Source: Thermoanaerobaculia bacterium (GTDB lineage Bacteria > Acidobacteriota > Thermoanaerobaculia > UBA5066). From it: a stretch of 64,000 bases of DNA. The stretch is from the NCBI GenBank assembly GCA_963719225.1, contig CAVRAY010000001.1, forward strand, positions 2,880,001 to 2,944,000. Reading direction: 5' to 3'. Numbering within the stretch: the first letter of the stretch is position 1; the number at the start of each line of letters is the position of its first letter. The notes beneath the pieces were generated by a model, which saw only the letters and a list, made by a program, of their open reading frames with translations, had not been told where the DNA came from and made no database searches. A program made the position numbers and the translations under genes. Shown piece after piece: positions 32,505 through 42,749 of this stretch.

Positions 32505-34488
32505 GCGGCCAGCCCTGCCGGCGCGCGAGCTCGAGTCCGCGCGCGAAGCCTTCGCGCTGACCCTCCGGCATGCACGAGAGGTCGCCGGGCGGAGCAGCCA
32601 TCGAACGGACGAAGAGGATCCAGGGATGGCAGGAAAGCGAAGATGAGGAAGACGAAGAGGAAAAAAGAGTCTTCTTGGAAAGGAAAGAGAGGGCGGCCGC
32701 GGCATCTGAATCGCCGGCGCCGCTGCTGGCGCCCGCGCCTCTGCCCCCGCCGAGGCGCAGCGATTCTGCGACCAGGGCCACCGCGCGAGGGTCATTCGAA
32801 GAATCCGAATCCGAATCCTCGCCCTTCTTCCCGAGCAGCTCTTCTCCGAGTACCAGCGCCCGCGCGTACCTCTTCGTGTCGATCGCCCGGATCGTCTGGT
32901 CACGCAGAGCTTCGGTCCAGGGATCCGAAGATCCCGTTCTCTCTTCCTCTTCCAAGAAATATTCTCTTCCCCACCCGACACGAACCGGCCGCAGCGCAAG
33001 GACGAGCGCGGGCGCAGGCTCCTTCGGCAACGTCGGTCTGAAGGGCGGATCGAGCTGCCGGAGTCCTTCACGTGCCAGGACTTCGGATGCCGCCCCCCGC
33101 AGCTTCGCGGCGAGGAGCAGAGCGTGGACGCGGATCGGCGACCAGGAAGGCGTGAGCGAGAGGTGATGGGGCCCCGTGGCGCGAAGGACGCCGTCGGCCC
33201 CGCGCTCGACCTCGTATTCGGTGCCTGCCGCACGGGCGTCGGAGATCGGCTGCGGCGGGACGACGGACGAGAGCGCGTAGACCGCGGGAAACGGAACGAG
33301 GGCGCCGAGAAGATTCACGCCGGCTCCGAGGACGAGCGCGAACGCTCCCGCGAGGCGCATGGGACGACCGGAGCCCGAGCACGCCAGACCTGCGAAGGCG
33401 AGGAGCGGAGGCAGCGCAGGCAGGAGGAGGCGCGGCCCCCATCCCGCCTGTCCGTCCCACGCCCACCAGGCGGACGCGGTGAGGAGAAGAGAAGCGGCCG
33501 AAGCGCAAAGGGCGGACGCGAGCCGCGCGTCGCGCCTGCGAAGCGCAAGAAACCCCAACGGCGCGAGAAGGACGATCGGCGCATACCAGAACAGCCCTTT
33601 GTTCGGGAGCACCGTGAGCCTGAGGAGTCCCGTGAAGAAGGGATACGTGAACGTCTCCCCGGCATACCCGCCGAAGAGCTTGCCGAAGCGAATGAGCTCG
33701 AAGAACGCCCAGAGAAGGAGAAGAGCTGAGAATGAAAAGAACATCGGCCATGGCGCCGCAGGACGGCGAGAGTCCGCCGCGGCCCGGCGCCTGTTTCTCT
33801 TCCCTTCTAGGAAATCTTTCTCTCCCTCTTTTCTTCTTCCGAAGAGTGCGCACGCGAGAAGCGGCGCGACCGCGACGAGCAGGAGGGTCTTCGTGAGAAT
33901 CGCGAAGCCCGCCGCGACCCCGAGGACGATCTGCCAGCGCCGCGAGGCGGGCTCCGCGCGCATCGTGACGACGGCGAGCACCGCGAGCGCGACGCACGCC
34001 GCCTGAAGAGGCTCGCCGTAATCGCTCGCCGCGTAGCCCCAGAGCGGCGTCGCGAGGACGAGGCCGGCTCCCGAGGCCGCGGCCCAGCCGGGCGTCGCAC
34101 CGAGAAGACTCACGGAACGCGCCGTGGCCCACGCGGCGGCGGCCAGGCACGCGATCGGGAGGAGGACGAAGAGGGGCGCCGAGGGCGTCGCGGGCGCCGT
34201 TGCGCGGACGAGGCGCGTCGCGGTCACGGGGACGGCCTCCGCGAGCGACAGCCCCATGCCGTAGCGCGAAACCGCGTCTCCCGCCGGCCGCCGCGGAGCG
34301 TTGGAGAACTCGCGGGAGACGCCGATCTCCAAAAAGCGTGCGACGGCGGCGGCGGCCGAGAGCATCTCCCTGCCGTCGGGGATGAGGCCGTAGGAGCGCG
34401 TGTCGACGGTCGCGGCGAGGACGAGGACGACGCCGAACGCCGCAGCCCGCGCGGCGCGCGGCACGGGCGGCGTTGCGGCGGCGCTCAT
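32464..34488 (-). CDS. Putative GT-C-type membrane protein with low-complexity inserts
   Basis: Multiple TM helices; SRYG.G.S, Y.EP, KGLFWYAP, W.W.G...WGPRLL.P motifs. Confidence 0.75.
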   Translation of the reverse strand: MSAAATPPVPRAARAAAFGVVLVLAATVDTRSYGLIPDGREMLSAAAAVARFLEIGVSREFSNAPRRPAGDAVSRYGMGLSLAEAVPVTATRLVRATAPATPSAPLFVLLPIACLAAAAWATARSVSLLGATPGWAAASGAGLVLATPLWGYAASDYGEPLQAACVALAVLAVVTMRAEPASRRWQIVLGVAAGFAILTKTLLLVAVAPLLACALFGRRKEGEKDFLEGKRNRRRAAADSRRPAAPWPMFFSFSALLLLWAFFELIRFGKLFGGYAGETFTYPFFTGLLRLTVLPNKGLFWYAPIVLLAPLGFLALRRRDARLASALCASAASLLLTASAWWAWDGQAGWGPRLLLPALPPLLAFAGLACSGSGRPMRLAGAFALVLGAGVNLLGALVPFPAVYALSSVVPPQPISDARAAGTEYEVERGADGVLRATGPHHLSLTPSWSPIRVHALLLAAKLRGAASEVLAREGLRQLDPPFRPTLPKEPAPALVLALRPVRVGWGREYFLEEEERTGSSDPWTEALRDQTIRAIDTKRYARALVLGEELLGKKGEDSDSDSSNDPRAVALVAESLRLGGGRGAGASSGAGDSDAAAALSFLSKKTLFSSSSSSSSLSCHPWILFVRSMAAPPGDLSCMPEGQREGFARGLELARRQGWPLTAWARAARTGKP
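32672..33813. repeat. Three copies of the dispersed motif
   Basis: TTCTTGGAA 32672-32680 (-), TTCCAAGAA 32950-32958 (+), TTCTAGGAA 33805-33813 (+), all within purine/pyrimidine-skewed tracts. Confidence 0.7.
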
Positions 34489-34514
34489 GCCGCGATTATG
34501 CGAGAGGGCGGCCT

Positions 34515-36380
34515 TCAGGCCGCGCGGGGGATCGAGTCGAGCGCGGCCTTGGTCTCCTCACGGCCCGTGCGCCAGTGCCTCGCCCAGCGCGGAATCGCGT
34601 CGGCGAGGACCAGGAGGACGGACGCCATCATCACGGCCGTCAGACCCGAGTTCAGCCAGCCCTTGAACGCGTCCCCCGGGCGGACGGACCGTGCGAGAGG
34701 AAGAAAGATGTCGCGGATCGACAGCGCCCCGCCCGCGAGCGTCGTCGTCCCGACGAAGAGGAGTGGCACGATCGTCACCAGGGCGTAACGCGAGCGGCCT
34801 TCGTTCACGATCACGGTCGTGGCGACGGTGAGCGCCACGACCGCGAGGAGCTGGTTCGCGACGCCGAACATGGGCCAGAGCGACTGGATCGAACCGGTGA
34901 AGATGAACCAGCTCCAGCCGCCCACGATGAGAGCCGTCGCGAAAATGCTGCCCGGCAGCCAGTCCGTTCTCGCCATGCGCGGGAAGGCGCGCCCGGCGAG
35001 CTCCTGGACGAGGAAGCGGCCGATGCGCGTTCCCGTGTCGATCGTCGTGAGGACGAAGAGCGCCTCGAACATGATGACGAAGTGGTAGAAGTAGCTCATG
35101 AGGCTCTTGGCGCCGGGCAGATCGCCGAAGATCTGGGCGATCCCGACGGCGAGCGAGACCCCGCCCCCCGTTCGCCCGGCGAGGCGCGGCTCGCCCACGA
35201 GCGCCGCGAGCTCCGACAGGCGGCCGCCGTCGAGATTCATCTTTGCGGCGAGCGCCTCGAACGCCTGCGGCGAGAGGTTGATCCGGAAGTAGTCCGCCGG
35301 AAAGAGCGACGACGCGGCGACGAGCGCCGTCACGCCCACGAGGCTCTCCATGAGCATCGCCCCGTAGCCGATGGCCCGCGCGTGGCTCTCCTTGTCGAGC
35401 ATCTTGGACGTTGTTCCCGACGACACGAGCGCGTGAAAGCCCGAGATGGCGCCGCACGCGATCGTGATGAAGACGAACGGGAAGAGGGCGCCCGGCACGA
35501 GCGGCCCGCCGCCGGACGCGAACCCGCTGACGGCCGGCGCCTTCATCTCGGGGCGCACGAGGAACACCGTGACGACGATTACGGCGATCGTTCCGACCTT
35601 CATGTAGCTCGAGAGGTAGTCGCGGGGACAGAGGAGCATCCACACGGGCAGGACCGACGCGAGAAACCCGTACGCGGCGATGGCGGCCGTGAGCGACGTC
35701 TCCGAAAGCGTGAAAAGGTGCGACGCACCCGCCCACGGATGGCCCGGCGCGAAGAGTCCGCCGAGGACGACGCACGCCATGAGCAGCGACACGCCGATGG
35801 CCGACGCTTCGGCCACGCGGCCCGGCCTGATCCGGTACATGTAGAGGCCCATCAACAGCGCGATCGGGATCGACGCGGCGATCGCGAACGTGCCCCAGGC
35901 GCTTTCGGCGAGCGCCTTGACGACGATAAACCCGAGAACCGCCATCGCGACAACGACGATGAAGAGAATCGCGATCATCGCGACGATGCCGCTCAGGGGG
36001 CTGATCTCGTCGCGTGCGATCTCCGCGAGCGAACGGCCGCCGCGCCGAACGGAAGCCCCGAGGATGACGAAGTCCTGCACCGCACCCGCGAGGCAGACGC
36101 CGAACACGAGCCACAGGAGGCCGGGGAGCCATCCGAACTGGGCCGCGAGGACCGGCCCGATGAGCGGCCCGGCGCCCGAGATCGCGGCGAAGTGATGGCC
36201 CCAGAGGACCCAGCGGTTCGTGGGATGAAAATTCTGGCCGTCGCGGCGCGTGTGCGCCGGCGTCGGTCGCCGGTCGTCCAGGCCGATCACGCGACGCGCG
36301 AGGAATCCGCTGTAGAAGCGGTAGAAGATCGCGTAGACGCCGAGCGCTCCGAGGAGCAGCCAGAACGCGTTGACCGTCAC
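34515..36380 (-). CDS. cstA: Carbon starvation protein A family transporter
   Basis: GHHFAAISGAGPLIGP, PRDYLS, TIACGAISGFH, WPMFGVANQ. Confidence 0.95.
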   Translation of the reverse strand: MTVNAFWLLLGALGVYAIFYRFYSGFLARRVIGLDDRRPTPAHTRRDGQNFHPTNRWVLWGHHFAAISGAGPLIGPVLAAQFGWLPGLLWLVFGVCLAGAVQDFVILGASVRRGGRSLAEIARDEISPLSGIVAMIAILFIVVVAMAVLGFIVVKALAESAWGTFAIAASIPIALLMGLYMYRIRPGRVAEASAIGVSLLMACVVLGGLFAPGHPWAGASHLFTLSETSLTAAIAAYGFLASVLPVWMLLCPRDYLSSYMKVGTIAVIVVTVFLVRPEMKAPAVSGFASGGGPLVPGALFPFVFITIACGAISGFHALVSSGTTSKMLDKESHARAIGYGAMLMESLVGVTALVAASSLFPADYFRINLSPQAFEALAAKMNLDGGRLSELAALVGEPRLAGRTGGGVSLAVGIAQIFGDLPGAKSLMSYFYHFVIMFEALFVLTTIDTGTRIGRFLVQELAGRAFPRMARTDWLPGSIFATALIVGGWSWFIFTGSIQSLWPMFGVANQLLAVVALTVATTVIVNEGRSRYALVTIVPLLFVGTTTLAGGALSIRDIFLPLARSVRPGDAFKGWLNSGLTAVMMASVLLVLADAIPRWARHWRTGREETKAALDSIPRAA

Positions 36381-36425
36381 CGCCGCGAGTGTACCGTCGG
36401 CCGAAGGAGGCGGCCGTCTCTCCCT

Positions 36426-37055
36426 TTACTTCGTGCGCTCGAGCGTGCCCTCGATCCCGAGCGCGATCGGCAGCCGGACGTGCGCGACCTTGTTCTCCAT
36501 GACGAGCGTGTAGATCCCCGGCTCGAACCGGCCCTTCGGTGACTCGAAAAAGAGGTGCCCCCAGGCCAGCGTCTCGTGGTCGACCGTGACCTGGTCGAAA
36601 ACGATCCCTTCGCCCGGCATGGTGAAGAATCCGAGCCGTTCTTCCTTGATGCGTCCGGGGAAATACCCGTCGAGCGGATCGCGTATGACGCGCGCCTGAA
36701 GCAGCATGCGGCTCAGGTCGGGAATCCCGTGGGCCATCTTCTTCTGGCTCGGGAGGGGCATCCGCGTTCCGTCCGGCCCGAGCAGACTGACGTCCTCGCG
36801 ATAGATCTCGACCGGTTGGCTGCCCGTCGCGGAAATGCAGGTTTCGAGCAGGATCCAGCGGCTGTCGAGGTGAGTTTGCGCGTGCTTGTATCCCACGACG
36901 ACCTGGACCACCTCGTCCCGGTACCTCGAAACGGTACGACCCATCTTCTTCACGTTCGGGGACTCGAGGTCGGCGTGGAGACTCGCGACACTCGAGAGAA
37001 GAAGAGTGGCTGCCATCAGAAAGGCCGGACCCGACCGCCGCGGGAATGGATTCAA
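36426..37055 (-). CDS. Hypothetical exported protein
   Basis: GGAGG RBS before TTG 37055; signal-like MAATLLLSSVASLHA; globular composition. Confidence 0.65.
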   Translation of the reverse strand: MNPFPRRSGPAFLMAATLLLSSVASLHADLESPNVKKMGRTVSRYRDEVVQVVVGYKHAQTHLDSRWILLETCISATGSQPVEIYREDVSLLGPDGTRMPLPSQKKMAHGIPDLSRMLLQARVIRDPLDGYFPGRIKEERLGFFTMPGEGIVFDQVTVDHETLAWGHLFFESPKGRFEPGIYTLVMENKVAHVRLPIALGIEGTLERTK

Positions 37056-37179
37056 GATGATTCCTCCGGTGCTCCTCGAAGAGGAGACCTCGATTGCCCC
37101 TTGCACGGAGCATACCGTCGGGAGGACACCTTTTCCGGACGCTTCGCCTCGGGCCAGCCGGAGTAGGATCGCCCCCGAC

Positions 37180-37626
37180 ATGGACGGCAATTCGCTCGCC
37201 GGGGCCTGGAAGCTGCTCGTTTTCGAGTTCCGCTCCGAAGGACAGGTCGTATTTCCATTCGGAACGAACGTCATCGGACTGTGCCTCTATGACGCGACCG
37301 GCCACATGGCATTGCAGATCATGCGCGGAGACCGCCCCCGATTCGCCGCGAACGACCAGCAGCTGGGCACGCCGGCCGAGGTCGCGGCCGCCTTCTTCGG
37401 ATGTCTCGCCTACGCGGGCACGTACGTCGCCGACGAGGTCCACGGCGTCGTCGTGCATCACGTCTCACAATCCCTCTTCCCGAACTGGGTCGGCACGGAT
37501 CAGATCCGCTTCTACCGGATCTCCGGAGACCGTCTCATCGTGAGCGCGCCGACGCAGCAGGTCGGGGGACACCTCATGGACGTGATGCTCGTGTGGGAGC
37601 GGCTCGCTCCCGTCGCGGGGGCCTGA
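37180..37626 (+). CDS. Lipocalin-like domain protein
   Basis: LAGAWKL, G...YD..GHM..QIM, AYAGTY, SLFPNWVG..Q.R, LVWER. Confidence 0.85.
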   Translation: MDGNSLAGAWKLLVFEFRSEGQVVFPFGTNVIGLCLYDATGHMALQIMRGDRPRFAANDQQLGTPAEVAAAFFGCLAYAGTYVADEVHGVVVHHVSQSLFPNWVGTDQIRFYRISGDRLIVSAPTQQVGGHLMDVMLVWERLAPVAGA

Positions 37627-37631
37627 CGCAC

Positions 37632-39293
37632 GTGCAGAGATTCGTCCTTCCCCGCCACGTCTCGCGACGACTGCCGCTCTGTCGCCGGACGGGTCCGTGT
37701 CCGCCGGACGAGGACATCCGCTTCACCGTACTCCTCCATGCCAAGGACATGCGCATGCTCCGGGAAGCGGCAGCTGCCGTCTCGGACCCGAAGAGCTCCG
37801 TCTATGGGCGCCACCTTTCCGCCGACGAGGTACGCACGCTCGTCGCGCCCGGGTATCAGGATCTCGACGCGGTGCTGGCCTTCCTCAGAGACGCCGGCCT
37901 CACCGTGGACGGCGTCGCCGGGGCGCGTACCGCGGTCCAGGGCCACGGCCCGGCGGAGAGGATCTCGCGCGCGTTCGACGTTCCCATCGGCACCTACGCG
38001 CCGCCGCGCACCGTATCGCCTCGCGTGCGGCGCGCGATCGCGGCCGAGCGGGACCCCACGATTCCGGCGTCGCTCGCGTCCGTGATTCGCGGCGTCGCGG
38101 GACTCAACACCCTTCCCGCGGCCCGGCGCTTCCCGCCGATCTTCGCCCCGCCCCGCTCCAAGGTACCGCGGCGCGGACCCGCCGCGGCTCGCGGGCCCGG
38201 CGGAGGCTTCACGCCCGACGAGATTCGCGCGGCGTACGCCCTCCCCGATCCGGCCACGGCGGGAGGCCGCGGTGAGCGCGTGGCCATCCTCGAGTTCGGA
38301 GGCGGATTCTCGGGTGACGACTTCGCGACGTTCTGCACGCACTACGGCCTGCCTGTGGGCGACGTCACGGACGTCTCGGTCTCGGGGGCCAAGAACGACT
38401 ATCAGGGCAGGACGGGCGACGCCGACGTGGAGGTCGCGCTCGACATGGACTGGGTGCGAGGCACGGCGCCGCAGGCGGACCTGGACCTGTGGTGGACGCC
38501 CAACACGGATACGGGCTGGGTCGATTTCCTCAACGCGCTCCTCGATGCGCCGGACGCCCGCCGCCCCTCGATCGTCTCGATCTCATGGGGAATGCCCGAG
38601 GACGGCTTCGCGACGTCCCGGAGGTACGACCAGACCCGCCAGCTCTTCCTTTCGTGTGCGCTCCTCGGCATCACATTCGTCTGCGCCTCGGGAGACGCCG
38701 GCGCCGGCGACATCCTTCCGGAGGACGCCGCCTTCGACGGCCAGCGCCACGTGGACTTTCCGAGCGTCGTCCCGGAGGTGACCGCGGTCGGGGGTACGAA
38801 GCTCGTCCCGAAGGGCAGCTCCTTCGCGGAGAGCGCCTGGAACGACGGCCCGAGTCGCGGCGCGACGGGCGGGGGCTTCTCGAGGTTCGTGGCGGTCCCC
38901 GCGTGGCAGAGGGCGGCTCTGGGCGCGCGCCGCGGGGTGACGGGTCGGGGCATTCCCGATGTCGCGGCGGTCGCGTCGCCCGATCCCGGCCTCTCGATCT
39001 TCGTGAGAAAAAAGTGGACCGCCGCCGGAGGAACCAGCGTGGCGGCGCCGATCTGGTCCGGAATCCTCGCGCACGTGAACGCCGCGCGCGCGGAGGCAGG
39101 GAAACCCCGCATGGGAGCCGCGAACGCGGCCCTCTACGACCTGGCTCGCGGCGTCTCGCCTTTCCGGGACGTCACGCAGGGTGACAATTCGTACGGCGGC
39201 GTTTCGGGATATCCGGCGACGAAAGGGTGGGACCCGACCACGGGCCTCGGTTCCGTCGATACCGGAAAGCTCGTGAAGAAGCTCCTCGCCTGA
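37632..39293 (+). CDS. S53 sedolisin/kumamolisin-family peptidase with prodomain
   Basis: EVALD, SISWG, SGDAG, GRGIPDV, GGTSVAAP, GWDPTTGLGS. Confidence 0.93.
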   Translation: MQRFVLPRHVSRRLPLCRRTGPCPPDEDIRFTVLLHAKDMRMLREAAAAVSDPKSSVYGRHLSADEVRTLVAPGYQDLDAVLAFLRDAGLTVDGVAGARTAVQGHGPAERISRAFDVPIGTYAPPRTVSPRVRRAIAAERDPTIPASLASVIRGVAGLNTLPAARRFPPIFAPPRSKVPRRGPAAARGPGGGFTPDEIRAAYALPDPATAGGRGERVAILEFGGGFSGDDFATFCTHYGLPVGDVTDVSVSGAKNDYQGRTGDADVEVALDMDWVRGTAPQADLDLWWTPNTDTGWVDFLNALLDAPDARRPSIVSISWGMPEDGFATSRRYDQTRQLFLSCALLGITFVCASGDAGAGDILPEDAAFDGQRHVDFPSVVPEVTAVGGTKLVPKGSSFAESAWNDGPSRGATGGGFSRFVAVPAWQRAALGARRGVTGRGIPDVAAVASPDPGLSIFVRKKWTAAGGTSVAAPIWSGILAHVNAARAEAGKPRMGAANAALYDLARGVSPFRDVTQGDNSYGGVSGYPATKGWDPTTGLGSVDTGKLVKKLLA

Positions 39294-39320
39294 GCGCACC
39301 AAGCCGCCTCGGGGAATTCT

Positions 39321-41803
39321 TCAGGGCGCGCTTCTCACGAAGGCGGCGTTGACGGGGGCCGGCATCGGGGAGTCGGCGCCGCGGACGCTCTTCCAGATCG
39401 CCTCGTTGAGGGGCACGTCGGGGGCGGCGTCTTCCCTCGAGAAGTCCCACGTGTCCGCAAGAGCCTGCATCGGCGCGCCGCGCGGATTCGTCTCGTAGAA
39501 CGGGATCGCCGTTTCGCGGTGGACGAAGGGCGCCGGGTCCGGCACGTCTGCGAACGCGGCCGTCATAGGCGTCGCGCCCGCGTCGTGCTGCGACATGGGC
39601 GGAAGCCCGAGGATGAGCTCCATCGTCCGGAGCATGGACGTCGTCGAATACATCGTCGAGTCCACGGCTCGGCGCCGCGTGTACGGCGACACGACGAGCG
39701 CGACCGTGCGATGCGCGTCGACGTGGTCGGGTCCGTTCTGGGCATCGTCCTCGACGACGAAGACCGCCGTCTCGCTCCAGAAGGGCGAGAGCGAGAGCGC
39801 CTCGACGAGGCGGCCCAGGGCGACGTCGTTCTCGGCCACCATCGCGCGCGGCGTCTTGCCGCCCTTCTTCGTCCCCACGGTGTGATCGTTGCCCAGCCGC
39901 ACGATCATGAGCCGCGGCATCTCCTTCTTCTTCACGTACTGGGCGAATTCCTTCAGCCAGATGTCGACGCGCGCGTTGTCGAGGATTTCCGTGTCGAATC
40001 CCGGGTAGTAGGGATTCGTGTTCGCCCTGAGCGCGCCCTCCTGACCCTGCGAGAGGCCCGCCTCGAGCGGCGTTTCGGATTCGGAGGCGATGCCCGTGAA
40101 CTCGCCGTAATTGCGCAGCGAGAGCCCGGCGCGCGCGGCCGCGTCCCAGAGGTAGCCGTTCGTCGGAAACGCCGCGGGATCGTTCCCTTCGAAGAGGTAG
40201 GAGAAGCCGTGGCTGCCGTAGCTCGGAGGCCAGACCTTCTCCACGAAATCCGTCGCGTACGCGCCCATGGACCAGTTGTGGCCGTCGGCGGAGACCTCGG
40301 CATCGCAGTAGAAGTTGTCGAGCGTGACGTACTCCTCGGCGAGCGCGTGCGCGTTCGGCGTCACGTCGCGCCCGAAGAGGACGAGCGACGGGTCGCCGTT
40401 GCCCTTCGGGAGGTCGCCGAGGACCTGGTCGTACGTGCGGTTCTCGCGGACGACGTAGACGACGTGCTTGATCGGCGACGTGCCGCCGGGCGCGGCCGGC
40501 ACGACGGCCGACGCGCGCACGGTGAGGGATCCCCGCGCGGCGGGCCGGCGGTTCGCGTACGCCCGCGTGGTGAGAGATGCGAGCTGGCGACCGTCGGGAA
40601 CCGGACGCGCGAGACGCTGCCGGGGATCGTCCGCGTGAGGCGCGTCGGGTCTCCGAGCTTCGGCTTCGTCGGATCCGGCCCGCCCTTCGAATTCTCCCAC
40701 GAGCCGCCGCCCTTCGCATTCGCGACCCAGAGGGTCCTCCCGTCGCGCGAGAGGGCGAGCGCGTCGGGATACCAGCCGGACGGGATGAATCCCTTCGCGC
40801 GTGCCTTCGCGGGACCGAGGGAAAGATCCACCACCGCCACGGCGTCGTCGTCGGCATTCGCGACGAAGAGCCTCTTCCCGTCGCGCGAAAGGGCCAGCGC
40901 GTTCGGCGTCGAGCCGTCGGGCATCGCGTCCGACGAGGGCGTCCCCGGCCCGTCCGGACCGAGCGCGACCGAGATCTGCCGCACGACTCCCCGCGACGCG
41001 ACGTCCACGGCTGCGACGAGGTTCCGGTTCGCCTGGGCGACGAAGAGCGTTCTTCCGTCGGGCGAAAAGACGAGATCTCCCGGATGGTCCGCCGTCTTCA
41101 CCGAGCCGGTCGCGATCGCCTTTTCCGGATCGACGAACGTCACGGCCGCTCCGCCCCATGCCGCGAGCGCGAGGATCTTTCCATCCGGGGAGAAGACCGG
41201 CCGGTAGGGATGGATGCCCGCGGAAACCCCCGCGACGACCTGCCTTGCGGCGAGATCGACCTTCACGACGTCGTTCGCGAGGATGCGCGCGGCCCAGAGA
41301 GTCTTGCCGTCCGGTGAGATGGCGAGCCCTCCCGGCGTCGCGTCGACTTTCGGCCCGTCCTCCTTGCGCTTCAGCGAGATCGGCTCCTCGGCGACGAAGC
41401 GGTCCCGTTCCAGGCGATAGACGAGGACGTTTCTCCCTTTGGCGCCGGCGACGTACGCCCGCGCGCCGTCCGGCGAGAGCGCCATGCCGAGCCACGAATG
41501 CGGCAGGGGCTGCTTGAAAAGGGACTTCCCCGAGGCGGCGTCCAGCAGGTGGAGCGACTGGTCATCCGCGCCGGTGCAAAGCGCGACGACCCGGCTTTCA
41601 TCGGGCGCGAGCGCGAGCGCGAACGGGTAAGGCGAAACCTCGGTCTGCGTGCCCGTCGGGGTCAGCAGGCGCCCGTTCGGGAGCTGGACCTCGCCGGTCG
41701 GCAGGCGCGACGGTACGACGCGGTCGGCTACGAGGAGCGAAGAAGAAAGAGAAAGAGAGAATGAGAATCTGCTTAGAAAGGAAAGAAAGAACGAGACGCG
41801 CAT
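39321..41803 (-). pseudogene. YVTN beta-propeller plus phosphoesterase (alkaline phosphatase superfamily) protein split by a single frameshift near 40603
   Basis: N-half (signal, LPNG, propeller repeats, GWYP) and C-half (IKHVVYVVRENRTYDQV, SADGHNW, NDHT, EDDAQNGPDHVDAHR) lie in different frames; one extra C at GTC CGG restores continuity. Confidence 0.8.
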
Positions 41804-42602
41804 ATGGGGAAGACTAGCGCGCTCGACAGCTCATTCGCCCTAAATCGATATCCGCGCGACGCCCAGGACCTTCCGGCTCTTTCTCTCCTGAACGAAAGCC
41901 ACGGCGTGTAGCTCATTTCTCTTCCAGTCCGCTTTGAGGCGAAGCGGGCGCTCCGTCTCGAAAAGTCCTCCCGGTCGAACCGTGCTCACGACCGCGAGTT
42001 CGCGAACGACGGCGCCGTGCACGAGGCGCCGCCCCGCGTTCTCGCCCCGCGGCACGTCGCTCGCGAGCCCGTCCTCGGTGATCGCGAGGAGGAGCTCGGC
42101 CGTATCGCCAGGCGTGACGGGCGGCAACGCGCTGACCCGGACCCGCAGGGCGGCCCCCTGCCCGTTCGCCGACGGCAGGATCTCGATCGACGCCTTCGGC
42201 AGACGGGCGGCCTCCTCGACCGCGTGCCGCGCCTTCTTCTCGTCGCTCCCGACGAGCTCCGTGCGCCCATCCACGACGACCTGCGGCGTGTAGACGCGGC
42301 TTTCGCCCCAGGCGCGGCCGTAGTCGCTCTGGCGCGCGCTGAACGACTCGGAGGAGTAAGGATCGGCCCACCCGAGGCGGTTCCAGTAATCGACGTGCAA
42401 GGACAGTGGCACGACCTCGGCACCGGCGACCGGCTGGGTCCGCTCGAGGCGCACGAGCGCGAGGTCGGCCGGAGGGCAGCTCGAGCAACCCTCGGACGTG
42501 AACAGCTCCACGAGGACCGGAATGCGGGCGGATCGAGGTCCCTCGGCGCTCGTCGAGCCGGCGGCGAGTACGAGCACCGCCGTCAAGATGATTCTCTTGG
42601 AA
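41770..42602 (-). repeat. Two copies of the dispersed motif in signal-peptide coding regions
   Basis: TGCTTAGAA 41770-41778 and CTCTTGGAA 42594-42602. Confidence 0.6.
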
Positions 42603-42625
42603 AGGACTTCGAAGACAGAAGACAT
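41840..42625 (-). CDS. DUF1223 secreted thioredoxin-like protein
   Basis: VELFTSEGCSSCPPAD, HVDYW..LGW.DP, YTPQ.VVDG, RGENAG. Confidence 0.92.
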   Translation of the reverse strand: MSSVFEVLSKRIILTAVLVLAAGSTSAEGPRSARIPVLVELFTSEGCSSCPPADLALVRLERTQPVAGAEVVPLSLHVDYWNRLGWADPYSSESFSARQSDYGRAWGESRVYTPQVVVDGRTELVGSDEKKARHAVEEAARLPKASIEILPSANGQGAALRVRVSALPPVTPGDTAELLLAITEDGLASDVPRGENAGRRLVHGAVVRELAVVSTVRPGGLFETERPLRLKADWKRNELHAVAFVQERKSRKVLGVARISI

Positions 42626-42749
42626 CGGACCGCCTCGTTCAGGATATCTCGCGAGGCCATGCGTCTATTCCCACGCCCGGCGCGGCGATCACGTGCTCTC
42701 CGAGCGGGCCGAGAAATCGAGGTGGACCTCTCGGCCTGACGGCCGTTCG

